DNA from: Saprospirales bacterium
GTDB lineage: Bacteria > Bacteroidota > Bacteroidia > Chitinophagales > UBA8649
NCBI GenBank assembly: GCA_002708985.1
Contig: PAPS01000006.1
Span: 2,187-66,186, forward strand
Length of the DNA: 64,000 nt
Direction of reading: 5' to 3'
Below, in pieces: positions 29,866-39,648 of the stretch. Numbering within the stretch: position 1 is the stretch's first letter; each line of letters opens with the position of its first letter. The translations under genes were made by a program, and so were the position numbers. Under the pieces are notes generated by a model. That model did not search any database. It was not told the DNA's origin and worked only from the letters and a program-made list of their open reading frames with translations.

Positions 29866-30855
29866 ATGAATAAACCCAAAATCAGTGTTCTTGGACTCGG
29901 TCATTTAGGAAAGATTCACCTAAAACTTTTACTCAATCAACATAATGTTCGTTGTTCGGGGGTATTTGATACGAATAATGCCCGTTGTGAGGCTATTCGG
30001 GAGAGATATAATGTGCATGTGTTTAATAGTGAAGAAGATCTGATTAAGGCTTCGGATGCAATCATACTAGTAACGCCTACTCCTTCCCATTACTCGATTG
30101 CAAAACAATGTTTATTGCACTCAAAGCATGTATTTATTGAGAAACCTTTGTGTTCTAATCTCGAAGAAGCTTTGGAATTAAAAAATTTAAGCGATATCCA
30201 TAAGTGTATCGTTCAAATTGGTCACGTTGAGCGATTCAATCCTGCGTTTCAGGCTGCTCAAGCGCAACCCATTGATCCGATGTTTATTGAATGTCATCGG
30301 CTCGCCCCTTTCAATCCAAGAGGAACAGATGTCTCTGTCGTTATGGATTTAATGATTCATGATCTTGACCTCATTTTGTCCTTGGTCAAATCGAAAGTTG
30401 AAAAAATCGATGCAACAGGAGTCTCTATCGTGAGTGCTGCTCCCGATATTGCCAATGTTCGACTCACCTTTTCGAACGGTTGCGTTGTTAATTGCACAGC
30501 GAGTAGGGTTTCTATGAAGGCAATGAGGAAGATGCGGGTTTTTCAAAACCAAAACTACCTCAGCATGGATTTTATAGAAATGTCTACAGAGAGGATCCAA
30601 TTACATGATACGAACCCTGTTCAGTGCAAAAGTACACCGATTGAAATCGAAGGTCACCAATTCAAAAAATATCTCGAGTATGAAAAATCCGAACCCTCAG
30701 ATAATAATGCAATCATGGAAGAACAAGCCAATTTCATAGAAGCAATAATCACAGGTACCTCGGTGCTCGTCCCTATTGAAGATGGCATTCGCTGCCTCGA
30801 TCTAGCACTTCAGATTGATGAATGCATACAAGAATACCAAAAGCACTATCAATAA
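29866..30855 (+). CDS. Gfo/Idh/MocA-family NAD(P)-dependent oxidoreductase
   Basis: N-terminal Rossmann 'ISVLGLGHLGKIH', 'FIEKPL' motif, and C-terminal alpha/beta domain. Confidence 0.8.
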   Translation: MNKPKISVLGLGHLGKIHLKLLLNQHNVRCSGVFDTNNARCEAIRERYNVHVFNSEEDLIKASDAIILVTPTPSHYSIAKQCLLHSKHVFIEKPLCSNLEEALELKNLSDIHKCIVQIGHVERFNPAFQAAQAQPIDPMFIECHRLAPFNPRGTDVSVVMDLMIHDLDLILSLVKSKVEKIDATGVSIVSAAPDIANVRLTFSNGCVVNCTASRVSMKAMRKMRVFQNQNYLSMDFIEMSTERIQLHDTNPVQCKSTPIEIEGHQFKKYLEYEKSEPSDNNAIMEEQANFIEAIITGTSVLVPIEDGIRCLDLALQIDECIQEYQKHYQ

Positions 30856-30872
30856 ATTACCTTTAAACCGAT

Positions 30873-31709
30873 ATGAGGCAGTCTTTTTTTCTTACAATTC
30901 TGTGTTTTCTTGGCTTCACCTTAGGTTTTATCTCCTGCCAGGAAGTAATCAATGATGGACTACCGTCCTATATCAAAATCAATCAAGTCAGCTTTTTTAA
31001 TGAAGATGGAATTATTGATACATTAAGTGGAGTCTATGATGTGTGGTTGCAAGTTGAGGGGGATGATCGAGGAGCTATTGGATGGCCAAATACAGTTGCA
31101 GTCCTTTCAGAAGGAGAAAAGCTCATCTTGTTAGAGCCCGGTATCTATAAAAATGGTGATTTCCTTCAACGTGAAGTCTATCCCTTCTATGATATCGTTC
31201 AAATCGACACCACACTTAATCTCTTTGACACCCTTGTCCTTAATCCCGTCTTTAGATATGCTCAAGGTATCCAATTCAGCCTAAGAGAGACTTTCGAAGT
31301 TTCGAATAACTTCAGTAATCTTAATGCAGAAAATCCTCCTATACCATTGTCCGGCAAAGCTGGCGTTATTCATTTAAACTCCTCCTTAACCAATGCTGAA
31401 TGTGCTATGTTAAGTGCAGTGAGCCTTCCAAGTGGTCAGCGTATTTTCCTAGAAATGCATTACAGCAGCATTAATGACTTCGCTATTGGATTACGCGGAG
31501 AGGAGAATGGCAATGTGTTAGCTGATGCCTTTATCTACTATGCTCCTCCGACACAAGAAGGTCGATGGGAAAAACTCTACTTAGACATTAGTAATGATAT
31601 TGGTCAAATCGATGCAGAATCTTACCGATTTTATCTACAAACCTCGCTATACCCTGATTTAGATAGCAGTTTCATTGCTATAGATAATTTCAAACTAGTG
31701 CACTTTTGA
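30873..31709 (+). CDS. hypothetical lipoprotein
   Basis: Lipobox 'LGFISC'. No further motif. 4-nt overlap with the sugar transferase gene. Confidence 0.5.
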   Translation: MRQSFFLTILCFLGFTLGFISCQEVINDGLPSYIKINQVSFFNEDGIIDTLSGVYDVWLQVEGDDRGAIGWPNTVAVLSEGEKLILLEPGIYKNGDFLQREVYPFYDIVQIDTTLNLFDTLVLNPVFRYAQGIQFSLRETFEVSNNFSNLNAENPPIPLSGKAGVIHLNSSLTNAECAMLSAVSLPSGQRIFLEMHYSSINDFAIGLRGEENGNVLADAFIYYAPPTQEGRWEKLYLDISNDIGQIDAESYRFYLQTSLYPDLDSSFIAIDNFKLVHF

Positions 31710-33073
31710 TGCAAGAAAATCAATTACGACATAGAACATGGCGCTTGGCAAAAGTATTACTAGAGGCTATCTCTGTTAGTGCATCATGGATTATATTTTT
31801 TTTCTACAGAAAATTGGCCATTGATGGTTTAGCCTTCCAAGAAGGATTGTCAGCATTGCAAGATAAAAACCTATACTTGGGCATTCTTGCCAATGGAATC
31901 CTTTGGATTTTGGTCAGCTGTATAACAGGACGTTATCATAAAGTATTTGTAGAAGGTCGGCTTGCTAGACTTGTCAATCTATTGGCCGCCACACTATTAT
32001 CTAGTTTGGTACTCTACTTTATTTTGTTTATAGACGATGGAATATCCACTCCCAGCGATTACTACCATATTCTCTTGGCCTATGCCTTCCTTCAGTTAGT
32101 CTTTGTTAGCCTCTCCAATGGAGTGTTTAAGATGCTGCTAACCGTGCAGTATTCACAAGATAAATACCACACGATTGTGCGCGATATTGGAGGGGTCCAG
32201 GAGGAAATAAATCCAAGGAGAGAAAGTGGAATTTTATATCGTAATGCACCAATAGAAATTTTTAATACCATTGAATGGAATAGCAGTGATCATGAGCGAA
32301 ACCAAGTATGGCGAGTTTTCGAGCCCTTGGACTTAAAGGCCCTCAACGCTGAACAAATCAATGCCCTCGTGAATAATAAAGTAGAGCTTCGTCTATATCA
32401 TAGATCAAGTGAAAACTATACTTTTCGACAATCGATGGACTATTCCCTAGGAAGATATTACTGCGCACCTCTCACAGCGCACCTTAGTGGATGGCAGAAA
32501 GCTAGTAAACGTGCCATGGATATAAGCCTGAGTCTTTTAGGGCTAATCCTTGGCATTCCGCTGTTTGTACTCTGTATTCTTGGAATAAAGTCTACTTCTA
32601 AGGGACCCATACTCTATACACAGGAACGCATTGGCTTACAAAAGAAACCATTTATCATCTATAAATTTCGGTCAATGATTGTCGGTGCAGAAAAAGATGG
32701 ACCGCAATTGTCGAATGAGAAGGATGATAGAATCACATCTTGGGGGCAACGTATGCGTAAATGGAGACTTGACGAACTTCCGCAGTTATGGAACGTATTA
32801 AAAGGAGATATGTCACTCGTTGGCCCAAGGCCTGAGCGAGCCTTCTACGTACAACAAATACAGGAGAAAGAAGCACTGCATGCCCGAATCTATATTACCA
32901 AGCCAGGATTAACGTCTCTCGGAATGGTTAAGTTTGGCTATGCGCGTAATCTTGAAGAAATCATGGAGCGGATGCGATATGACATGATTTATCTCGACAA
33001 TCAAAGCATTTTTTTTGATCTTCAAATTCTTCTCTTCACCATTCGAATCGTATTCCTAAGGAAAGGAATTTGA
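31706..33073 (+). CDS. polyprenyl-phosphate glycosyl-1-phosphate transferase (WbaP/bacterial sugar transferase family)
   Basis: Four or five N-terminal TM helices. C-terminal 'KRAMDISLSLLGL...SKGPILYTQERIGLQKKPFIIYKFRSM...DELPQLWNVLKGDMSLVGPRP'. Confidence 0.88.
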   Translation: MMQENQLRHRTWRLAKVLLEAISVSASWIIFFFYRKLAIDGLAFQEGLSALQDKNLYLGILANGILWILVSCITGRYHKVFVEGRLARLVNLLAATLLSSLVLYFILFIDDGISTPSDYYHILLAYAFLQLVFVSLSNGVFKMLLTVQYSQDKYHTIVRDIGGVQEEINPRRESGILYRNAPIEIFNTIEWNSSDHERNQVWRVFEPLDLKALNAEQINALVNNKVELRLYHRSSENYTFRQSMDYSLGRYYCAPLTAHLSGWQKASKRAMDISLSLLGLILGIPLFVLCILGIKSTSKGPILYTQERIGLQKKPFIIYKFRSMIVGAEKDGPQLSNEKDDRITSWGQRMRKWRLDELPQLWNVLKGDMSLVGPRPERAFYVQQIQEKEALHARIYITKPGLTSLGMVKFGYARNLEEIMERMRYDMIYLDNQSIFFDLQILLFTIRIVFLRKGI

Positions 33074-33200
33074 CAACTCGGCATGTTTTTTGTATATTCC
33101 AAAACCGTATGTATCAGAGTTCTGAACACATATCGACTTATATTTTTCTTTTAGCGCATTCTAATTTTTTGCGCTTCTAACCAAATCATCATAATTCAGC

Positions 33201-33473
33201 ATGGCAAGACCTAGCACACGTGAAAAGCGTCTTAAGGACGGATATTATATGGAAGTAAGAAACAACGGCGGAGAACGAGGAATTAAAATCCGCAGAGAAT
33301 CTAAAGAGCAAATTGATAGCGCAATGGAAGAATATAAGCGCACGAAAGAAGTTGCCTATCTCGGTCTTGTTAAAAATGGGAAATTCATTGAAGGACCTAA
33401 TGCTGTGGTGAAGAAAAGCAGAGCTAAATCCACCACTAGAAGGAAGAAAAAGACAAAAAAGAGTAAAGCGTAA
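33201..33473 (+). CDS. small highly basic protein (hypothetical)
   Basis: 90 aa with a Lys/Arg-rich tail 'KKSRAKSTTRRKKKTKKSKA'. No family recognised. Confidence 0.45.
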   Translation: MARPSTREKRLKDGYYMEVRNNGGERGIKIRRESKEQIDSAMEEYKRTKEVAYLGLVKNGKFIEGPNAVVKKSRAKSTTRRKKKTKKSKA

Positions 33474-33485
33474 TCAAATTGATCT

Positions 33486-34304
33486 CTAGCTCTCTGAGCG
33501 CTCGCCTAAACTTTCGATAAAGGATTCTGTCATTCCTACAGAAGAGAATCCACCGTCGTGAAATAGATTTTGCATCGTGATTTTCCGGGTGTAATCGGAG
33601 AACATAGTCAAGCAAAAGTCTGCACAGCTCTCAGCATCGGCATTACCTAAAGGACTCAGTTTGTCCGCAAAATCAAAAAAAGCATCAAAACCACTGACAC
33701 CGCTTCCTGCAGTCGTCATGGTCGGACTCTGAGAAATTGTGTTCACTCGAACACCATTTTTACTCCCCCAATAATAGCCAAATGACCGAGCTATAGACTC
33801 AAGCATTGCTTTTGCTTGGGCCATATCACCATAACCAGGGAAGGAGCGCTGCGCAGCAATATAGGATAGCCCTAATATAGATCCCATTGGATTAACCATG
33901 TCCCTTTGATAAGCTACCTGCATTACCTTGTGAAAACTAATCGCAGATATATCTAATGACTTCTGCATCCAGTCATAATTCAAATCAGTATAGGCTTTTC
34001 CTTTGCGCACGTTGGGTGACATACCAATACTATGTAAGATAAAATCCACTTTTCCATAACGCTCGGCTGCCTTATCAAAAAGGTCATTTAAGTCTTGGAG
34101 ATTCGTAGCGTCTGCAGGCACTACCTCAGTGTTACATTGCTCTGCTAAGTCTTGAATCTTACCCATTCGTAAGGCAACAGGGACATTAGTCAATAGAAAA
34201 TCAGCTCCTTGCGCTTTAGCTTTCAGTGCAACCTTCCAAGCGATACTTTGATCATCCAATGCTCCAAAAATGATTCCTTTTTTTCCTTCGAGTAAACCGG
34301 CCAT
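33486..34304 (-). CDS. fabI: enoyl-ACP reductase FabI
   Basis: 'LEGKKGIIFGALDDQSIAW' N-terminus, SDR-like fold, size of 272 aa. Confidence 0.85.
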   Translation of the reverse strand: MAGLLEGKKGIIFGALDDQSIAWKVALKAKAQGADFLLTNVPVALRMGKIQDLAEQCNTEVVPADATNLQDLNDLFDKAAERYGKVDFILHSIGMSPNVRKGKAYTDLNYDWMQKSLDISAISFHKVMQVAYQRDMVNPMGSILGLSYIAAQRSFPGYGDMAQAKAMLESIARSFGYYWGSKNGVRVNTISQSPTMTTAGSGVSGFDAFFDFADKLSPLGNADAESCADFCLTMFSDYTRKITMQNLFHDGGFSSVGMTESFIESLGERSES

Positions 34305-34340
34305 TGTTGATTAAATTTTGTTACGTCCAAGGTAGGCAAT

Positions 34341-35474
34341 TTAGCTCAATAACTGATGCACGGCATCTTGAGCAGCTCTTGGGGCGATCGCAACACCCAT
34401 TCCACCCATACGTCCTACTGTTAGGACCTTATCCTCTAGGTACTTCCTTAACAATTCCTTTCGCTGATTCTTTGTAAAAGCCATTATTCCTGCCCAGTGC
34501 TCCGCAATAGAAACCTGCTGATCTATGCAAATATGAGTGGTAAGGTAGTCTTCTAAATAAAGCTTGACTTCCTTTGTTCCAGAAGGTTTCAAGGTCTCTT
34601 CTTGCTGGCGGAAGGCATCTCGCCCCCCTCCCAAAAGAATGCGATCACCCAGCGTTCTGAAATACATGTATCCTTCACGTGCGTGGTATGTCCCTGCGGG
34701 TAAGCCATGATCAAAAGGTTCGGTTAAAATGACCTGACCTCTTCCAGGCACAGTATTCTGACTTAATGTGCTCAAGCCGGCATTGTTTGCCAATAAGACA
34801 TATTCTGATACAATCCATCCAGAAGATGTTGGTATATGCCATACACCCCTCTTTTTAATCCAATGTTCAAGAGGGGGAATACTTATTCCATTGATAAAGT
34901 GGGTGGATTTGTTTTGTAGGCTCTTAAGTAAACAGGACTGCAGCTTCCCAGGGTGTAAACCAGCTTCCCCTGCAATACCAATCCCATAACATAGAGAATC
35001 ATTAATTCCATTAGAAGGAGAGAAAACTTCCTTGCACCCAATGTGACGCTCTAACTCGCTATTCAACAGAGAAAGTTTATCCAATGTCTTCTCGTAAATA
35101 GAGCTCTCTGTGCTATGGAAGACTTCTAACCCTCCATCGGGAGCATAGTCAAAATCTTTAGCTGAAAACATCTCAAGCCATAACTGAATCCCTTCGTAGC
35201 GCATTTTGACGCGTGCCAACGCTTGCTCAATTCCCTCAGACTCAATGTCGGCAAGAATCTCTGTTGGACTTCCAAAACAAGCAAACCCGGCATTTCTAGT
35301 GCTTGCCATAGTCTGGCCGTAGGATTGTTGATCGACTACCGCAATGCGCAATGAAGGATTTTTAATACCGGCGAAATGAGCACTACTGAGTCCTGCAAAG
35401 CCTCCACCAACTATAAGTAGATCCGTTGTTGACAGCACGCGATTAGTCTCCCAATACGAAGATTGCATTATCAT
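34341..35474 (-). CDS. FAD-dependent oxidoreductase (DAO family)
   Basis: Dinucleotide-binding 'DLLIVGGGFAGLSSAHF'. Confidence 0.75.
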   Translation of the reverse strand: MIMQSSYWETNRVLSTTDLLIVGGGFAGLSSAHFAGIKNPSLRIAVVDQQSYGQTMASTRNAGFACFGSPTEILADIESEGIEQALARVKMRYEGIQLWLEMFSAKDFDYAPDGGLEVFHSTESSIYEKTLDKLSLLNSELERHIGCKEVFSPSNGINDSLCYGIGIAGEAGLHPGKLQSCLLKSLQNKSTHFINGISIPPLEHWIKKRGVWHIPTSSGWIVSEYVLLANNAGLSTLSQNTVPGRGQVILTEPFDHGLPAGTYHAREGYMYFRTLGDRILLGGGRDAFRQQEETLKPSGTKEVKLYLEDYLTTHICIDQQVSIAEHWAGIMAFTKNQRKELLRKYLEDKVLTVGRMGGMGVAIAPRAAQDAVHQLLS

Positions 35475-35478
35475 AGGG

Positions 35479-37140
35479 CTATTGTTTTGATCCTTCAGAA
35501 AGTAGCGATTCGGCTACTTCTAAAACTTTTGCATCGCGATGATCTCCGATGAGTGAAGCTACAGCTGATGTGCGAGCCTTTCCCTCAACCTCCTCAATGG
35601 TAGTCCAAGTGCTGTGATCATCCATAGCCTTCTCCACGAGGTAGTGCTTATTGGCCCGTGCTGCGATAACGGGTAAATGCGTTATCGTAATCACTTGTTG
35701 ATGCTGTGCAATAGCCAACAATTCTAGCCCTATCTGATCGGCTACCTTTCCCGATACGCCGGTATCGATTTCATCAAAAATCAAGGTACTTAATCCAAGA
35801 GCCTTACCTAATATAGAGCGCACCGCGAGCATAAATCTAGATCGCTCCCCTCCTGAAGCAACCTGTTCAATAGGTTTGACTTCAAATCCTGGATTGGCGG
35901 AGAAAAGCCAGGTGAAGGCATCCTTCCCAAAAGGTCCAAATTCCTCCTTTTCTTCTAATCCAAAGACTACCCTAGCCTTAGGCATAGATAAAGTCTTCAA
36001 CCGCAACGCTAAAACCTCTGAGCGCTCGGCAGATGCCTTTACACGTCCCTTGTGAATAGTCTTTGCTAAAGCATCCATGGAGAGACGTAGATCATCAATT
36101 TGACTTGAATACTTCTTAATATTTATCTCGAATAATCCTTGGTTGTGTAATTCTTCCTCCCACGAAGTAACAAGTGCCTTTAATTCTTCAATGTCCGAGC
36201 ACTGATATTTATTGAGGAAACGATGGCTAGCGTCAAGGGCTTGCGATACTTTTTCATATTCATCTTGACTAAACCGATAGGATTCAGAAAGATCTTCTAA
36301 GCTAGAAGAGCAATCTTGAATTTCAATTTGAGATGAACGAAGCCTCGCGACAAGAGATGAAAGTCCTTGATCATGTTTCGCCACGGAATCAAGCTGCATA
36401 ATCACTTGACCCAAGTGCTGTATAAGAGAAGTATCAGCGCCTTCGAGTAAGTTCCGCGCCTCTTCAGTAACACTATGCAATACCTCGGCATTAGAAAGGA
36501 CGGTAAACCTCGATTCAAGCTCCGCTAAGTTTTCTTCGAGTATTCCACTTTCATGAATGGACTCGAGATCGCGCTGCCGACTTTCTAGGAGCGACTCAAG
36601 AGAATCGCGCTTGTCAAGTAAGTCCTTTAAAGCCTTTTTAAGCTCAACATACTTGGTGTATTGAATATGATATTCCTGCACCTTAGATTCATGAGCAAAA
36701 CCAAGATCCACCATTTCTCGTTGCAATTTGGGATCAAAAAGAGCTAAGGTTTCATGCTGGCCATGGACATGAACAAAGGCCTTACCAAGATTCTGTAATT
36801 CTTTAAGACCGACCGGTGTATCATTAATAAAACTCCTAGACCGGCCATTTGCTGTTACCTCCCTCCGTAATATGGTTTCCGGATAACAATCTAAATCGCG
36901 AGAGGTAAACCATGATTCAAAAGAAGATGGCAAGGTAAGCTCGAGTTCAATAACACATTTGTTACTCCCCTTCCGCACATCCTCTTTATCTGCCCGAGCC
37001 CCCGTCACCAAAGCTAAAGCTCTAAGCATAATAGACTTACCGGACCCCGTCTCCCCTGTGATGACATTCATGCCTAGATGGAACTCAAGCTTCGCAGAGT
37101 CTATTAATCTAAATTGGTGGATTGATAAAGTCTTTAACAT
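35479..37140 (-). CDS. recN: DNA repair protein RecN
   Basis: 'VITGETGSGKSIMLRAL' Walker A, long coiled coil, 'LIFDEIDTGVSG' Walker B/signature region. Confidence 0.95.
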   Translation of the reverse strand: MLKTLSIHQFRLIDSAKLEFHLGMNVITGETGSGKSIMLRALALVTGARADKEDVRKGSNKCVIELELTLPSSFESWFTSRDLDCYPETILRREVTANGRSRSFINDTPVGLKELQNLGKAFVHVHGQHETLALFDPKLQREMVDLGFAHESKVQEYHIQYTKYVELKKALKDLLDKRDSLESLLESRQRDLESIHESGILEENLAELESRFTVLSNAEVLHSVTEEARNLLEGADTSLIQHLGQVIMQLDSVAKHDQGLSSLVARLRSSQIEIQDCSSSLEDLSESYRFSQDEYEKVSQALDASHRFLNKYQCSDIEELKALVTSWEEELHNQGLFEINIKKYSSQIDDLRLSMDALAKTIHKGRVKASAERSEVLALRLKTLSMPKARVVFGLEEKEEFGPFGKDAFTWLFSANPGFEVKPIEQVASGGERSRFMLAVRSILGKALGLSTLIFDEIDTGVSGKVADQIGLELLAIAQHQQVITITHLPVIAARANKHYLVEKAMDDHSTWTTIEEVEGKARTSAVASLIGDHRDAKVLEVAESLLSEGSKQ

Positions 37141-37152
37141 GCAAAGACTGAT

Positions 37153-38127
37153 TTATTTAAAACGACTTCTGTACTCCTCAATATTATTGGGATCAATGGT
37201 CACAAGTGCGCCAAGAGCTGCAGACTTTACATCGGTTTTTCCCTCAGAAAAAAGATTTAACCATTCCAACCTTTTTGTATCAGACAATAACTGCATGATG
37301 GGTAAATTAGGGGCATCCTCTCCTACTTTTGAAAAGCTAACCATGCCAGTTAAAACAGAGAGCATCGCAGTATCTTTTGATTCAATCATCCGATCCAACC
37401 CCAAGCGATGATAGGTATAATTGCCTTCCCGAAAAGGAGCATAACGACTATTCAATATGTTATTGATAAGCCAATAGCGGTTTTGATTATTATTATCAAA
37501 AGATCTCCATCCTGAAAATCCAGAAGTCGAAGGCACATTATTTACCAATTCCTGTGCCTTCTGAAAATAAACGTCCCCTCCATTTTGCTCATAGGAATCA
37601 TAATCCATTCCCAAGATGAAGTATACATAGAAAGCGAGGGTATGCGTGAGATTATTAATAAACTGATTCTCATTGAAATCCAATGGGTCAAACTGCTTGT
37701 AGGTAAAGGATAAATCCTTATCAAACCGATTAATGAGGGTTGAGTTATAGCTCGTATTGTAGACCGGTCGGTTCGCAATAACTGTCAGCGAGGCGTTGTA
37801 TGAATTGTTTCCTTTTTCTTCGAGAATATTGATAAAAAAACTGCACTCAATTTTTTCCAAATCTTCAAAGTTGTCACTAGACCATTTCCTTTCATTAAGG
37901 AAGGATGTAATCGCCTGCTGTAACTCTTGAAAAACCTGAGGATCCACACTTGTTGCGGCTTGTGAATTAATATCAACGGTGGCACGTAGTTCCTGCGCCA
38001 TCGCACCAGCAGGTAATAAAACACCCAAAAGAAAAACGCAAAATGCTGCTATGCATACTATCCTCTTCATAAAGAAATTAACGCAAGAAAGGTTGAATGA
38101 TTTCACAGATATCCTTAGCAACTTCAC
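37153..38127 (-). CDS. DUF4835-family protein (T9SS-associated PorD-like)
   Basis: Position between coaB and recN as in Flavobacteriia. 'AQELRATVDINSQ...FLNERKWS' resembles DUF4835. The probable true start is M at 38070, which removes the overlap with coaB. Confidence 0.55.
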   Translation of the reverse strand: MKLLRISVKSFNLSCVNFFMKRIVCIAAFCVFLLGVLLPAGAMAQELRATVDINSQAATSVDPQVFQELQQAITSFLNERKWSSDNFEDLEKIECSFFINILEEKGNNSYNASLTVIANRPVYNTSYNSTLINRFDKDLSFTYKQFDPLDFNENQFINNLTHTLAFYVYFILGMDYDSYEQNGGDVYFQKAQELVNNVPSTSGFSGWRSFDNNNQNRYWLINNILNSRYAPFREGNYTYHRLGLDRMIESKDTAMLSVLTGMVSFSKVGEDAPNLPIMQLLSDTKRLEWLNLFSEGKTDVKSAALGALVTIDPNNIEEYRSRFK

Positions 38128-38716
38128 TTTTGGGCTTTACTCCGAAGGTAGTAACATTCTGATCGCGATCAATCACAGTTATTTTATTGGTATCCACATT
38201 AAACCCTGCTCCAGCATCCGAAAGCGAGTTCAACACGATATAATCGAGGTTTTTGCGCTTGAGTTTATCCTTGGCATAGACCAACGCATTGTCGGTTTCC
38301 AAGGCGAAGCCAACCAATATTTGATCTTCCCTTTTTTTCCGGCCCATAGCAGCAAGGATATCCATGGTGGGCAACAATTCAATCGTCATCTTGGCTTCTT
38401 TTTTTTTGATTTTATAGTTCGCTGTGATTCGGGGCGTGTAATCCGCTACAGCCGCCGCCTTTACAGCTACATCAGCATTAGGCCAAAGTCGCATTACGGT
38501 ATCATACATCTCCTGGGCCGACTCTACACGATGAAAGTTTAGATTTTTTGGAATAGGTAATGAAGATGGACCAGAAACAAGCGTTACCTCGTGACCGCGA
38601 GATACAAGTTCAGCAGCAATAGCATAACCCATTTTCCCTGAACTTCTATTCCCAATAAAACGAACAGCATCGATGCGCTCATAGGTAGGACCTGCTGTAA
38701 CAAGGATGCGTGCCAC
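38078..38716 (-). CDS. coaB: phosphopantothenate--cysteine ligase (CoaB domain as a separate ORF, GTG start)
   Basis: 'ILVTAGPTYERIDAVRFIGNRSSGKMG' is the CoaB signature. Starts 2 nt after the coaC stop, in a different frame. Confidence 0.85.
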   Translation of the reverse strand: MARILVTAGPTYERIDAVRFIGNRSSGKMGYAIAAELVSRGHEVTLVSGPSSLPIPKNLNFHRVESAQEMYDTVMRLWPNADVAVKAAAVADYTPRITANYKIKKKEAKMTIELLPTMDILAAMGRKKREDQILVGFALETDNALVYAKDKLKRKNLDYIVLNSLSDAGAGFNVDTNKITVIDRDQNVTTFGVKPKSEVAKDICEIIQPFLR

Positions 38717-38718
38717 GT

Positions 38719-39285
38719 TTACGAAGCTTGTGCGGATTGGCTTAGAACATCCTCAGCGAATGCTGTGATGTCTTCAACATCTGGTAGTCGACCTTGACCC
38801 TCTAAACCGCTAGCTAGGAATCCCGTAGCAGGTTCTAACACATAAACTCCATCTTGTACTAATTGGGCAATGTTACGTTGTACAGAAGAATGTTTCCACA
38901 TATCTAAATCCATAGCAGGAGCTACAATTACGGGACACGTTGCTGATAAGTAAAGCGCGTAAAGCATCTCATCACACAAACCATTTGCCATTTTTGCTAA
39001 GCAATTGGCAGAGGCTGGTGCAATAATCAACAAATCTGATTCTTTGGCTAAGCGTACATGATTGTGCCATGTGCCTTGGTCGTCCCACATACTTTTAAGG
39101 ACGGTATTTCCAGAAACCGTGGATAGGGTTAATGGGGTTGTAAATCGACATCCCCCTGAGGTTAACACTACTTGAACGTCGTAGTCCTTTTGTTTAAAAC
39201 TACGTACGATACTTGGTGCCTTGTAAGCAGCTATACTACCTGTTACACCAAAAATAATTTTTTTATTGCTCGCCTTGTTCGTCAT
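38719..39285 (-). CDS. coaC: phosphopantothenoylcysteine decarboxylase flavoprotein (CoaC domain as a separate ORF)
   Basis: 'KIIFGVTGSIAAYKAP', 'IIAPASANCLAKMANGLCD' flavoprotein motifs. Confidence 0.85.
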   Translation of the reverse strand: MTNKASNKKIIFGVTGSIAAYKAPSIVRSFKQKDYDVQVVLTSGGCRFTTPLTLSTVSGNTVLKSMWDDQGTWHNHVRLAKESDLLIIAPASANCLAKMANGLCDEMLYALYLSATCPVIVAPAMDLDMWKHSSVQRNIAQLVQDGVYVLEPATGFLASGLEGQGRLPDVEDITAFAEDVLSQSAQAS

Positions 39286-39628
39286 GACTCGCCTCGCTGC
39301 TTTCCTCGCGCTCTCGGTAGAAGAGCTCGTCGCGCTTGAATTCTTCTAAGGCGAGAATCGTAGGATGAGAAAGCTTTTCGTAATATTTAGAAATCTCAAT
39401 TTGCTCTCGGTTTTCTACAATTTCCTCAAGTACTTCAGAGGTAACAGCAAACTCTTCAAGCTTACTATTTAGTTCTTGTTTGAGATCGATCGAAATTTGA
39501 TTGGACCGATTAGCAATAACTGCCAGAGAACGATATAGATTACCCGATTGCATTTGAAGCTTGTTCAAATCCTGGGGTTGAGAGCTTTCTGGCGCCTCTA
39601 AGCCTTTAAACTTGCGAATTTTTTCCAT
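39263..39628 (-). CDS. rpoZ: DNA-directed RNA polymerase omega subunit (Bacteroidota type)
   Basis: Conserved position between bamD and coaC. 'NLYRSLAVIANRSNQI' resembles the omega core. Call rests on synteny plus a weak motif. Confidence 0.6.
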   Translation of the reverse strand: MEKIRKFKGLEAPESSQPQDLNKLQMQSGNLYRSLAVIANRSNQISIDLKQELNSKLEEFAVTSEVLEEIVENREQIEISKYYEKLSHPTILALEEFKRDELFYREREESSEASHDEQGEQ

Positions 39629-39648
39629 ACTATGATGTTATGTTTAGT

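Noticed and set aside
36959-38542. Track ORFs 36959..37411 (+) and 37979..38542 (+), plus small ORFs 37542..37778 and 37785..38024
   Set aside because: They lie antisense to, or out of frame within, well-supported recN, DUF4835 and coaB genes and have no motifs. They are likely spurious.
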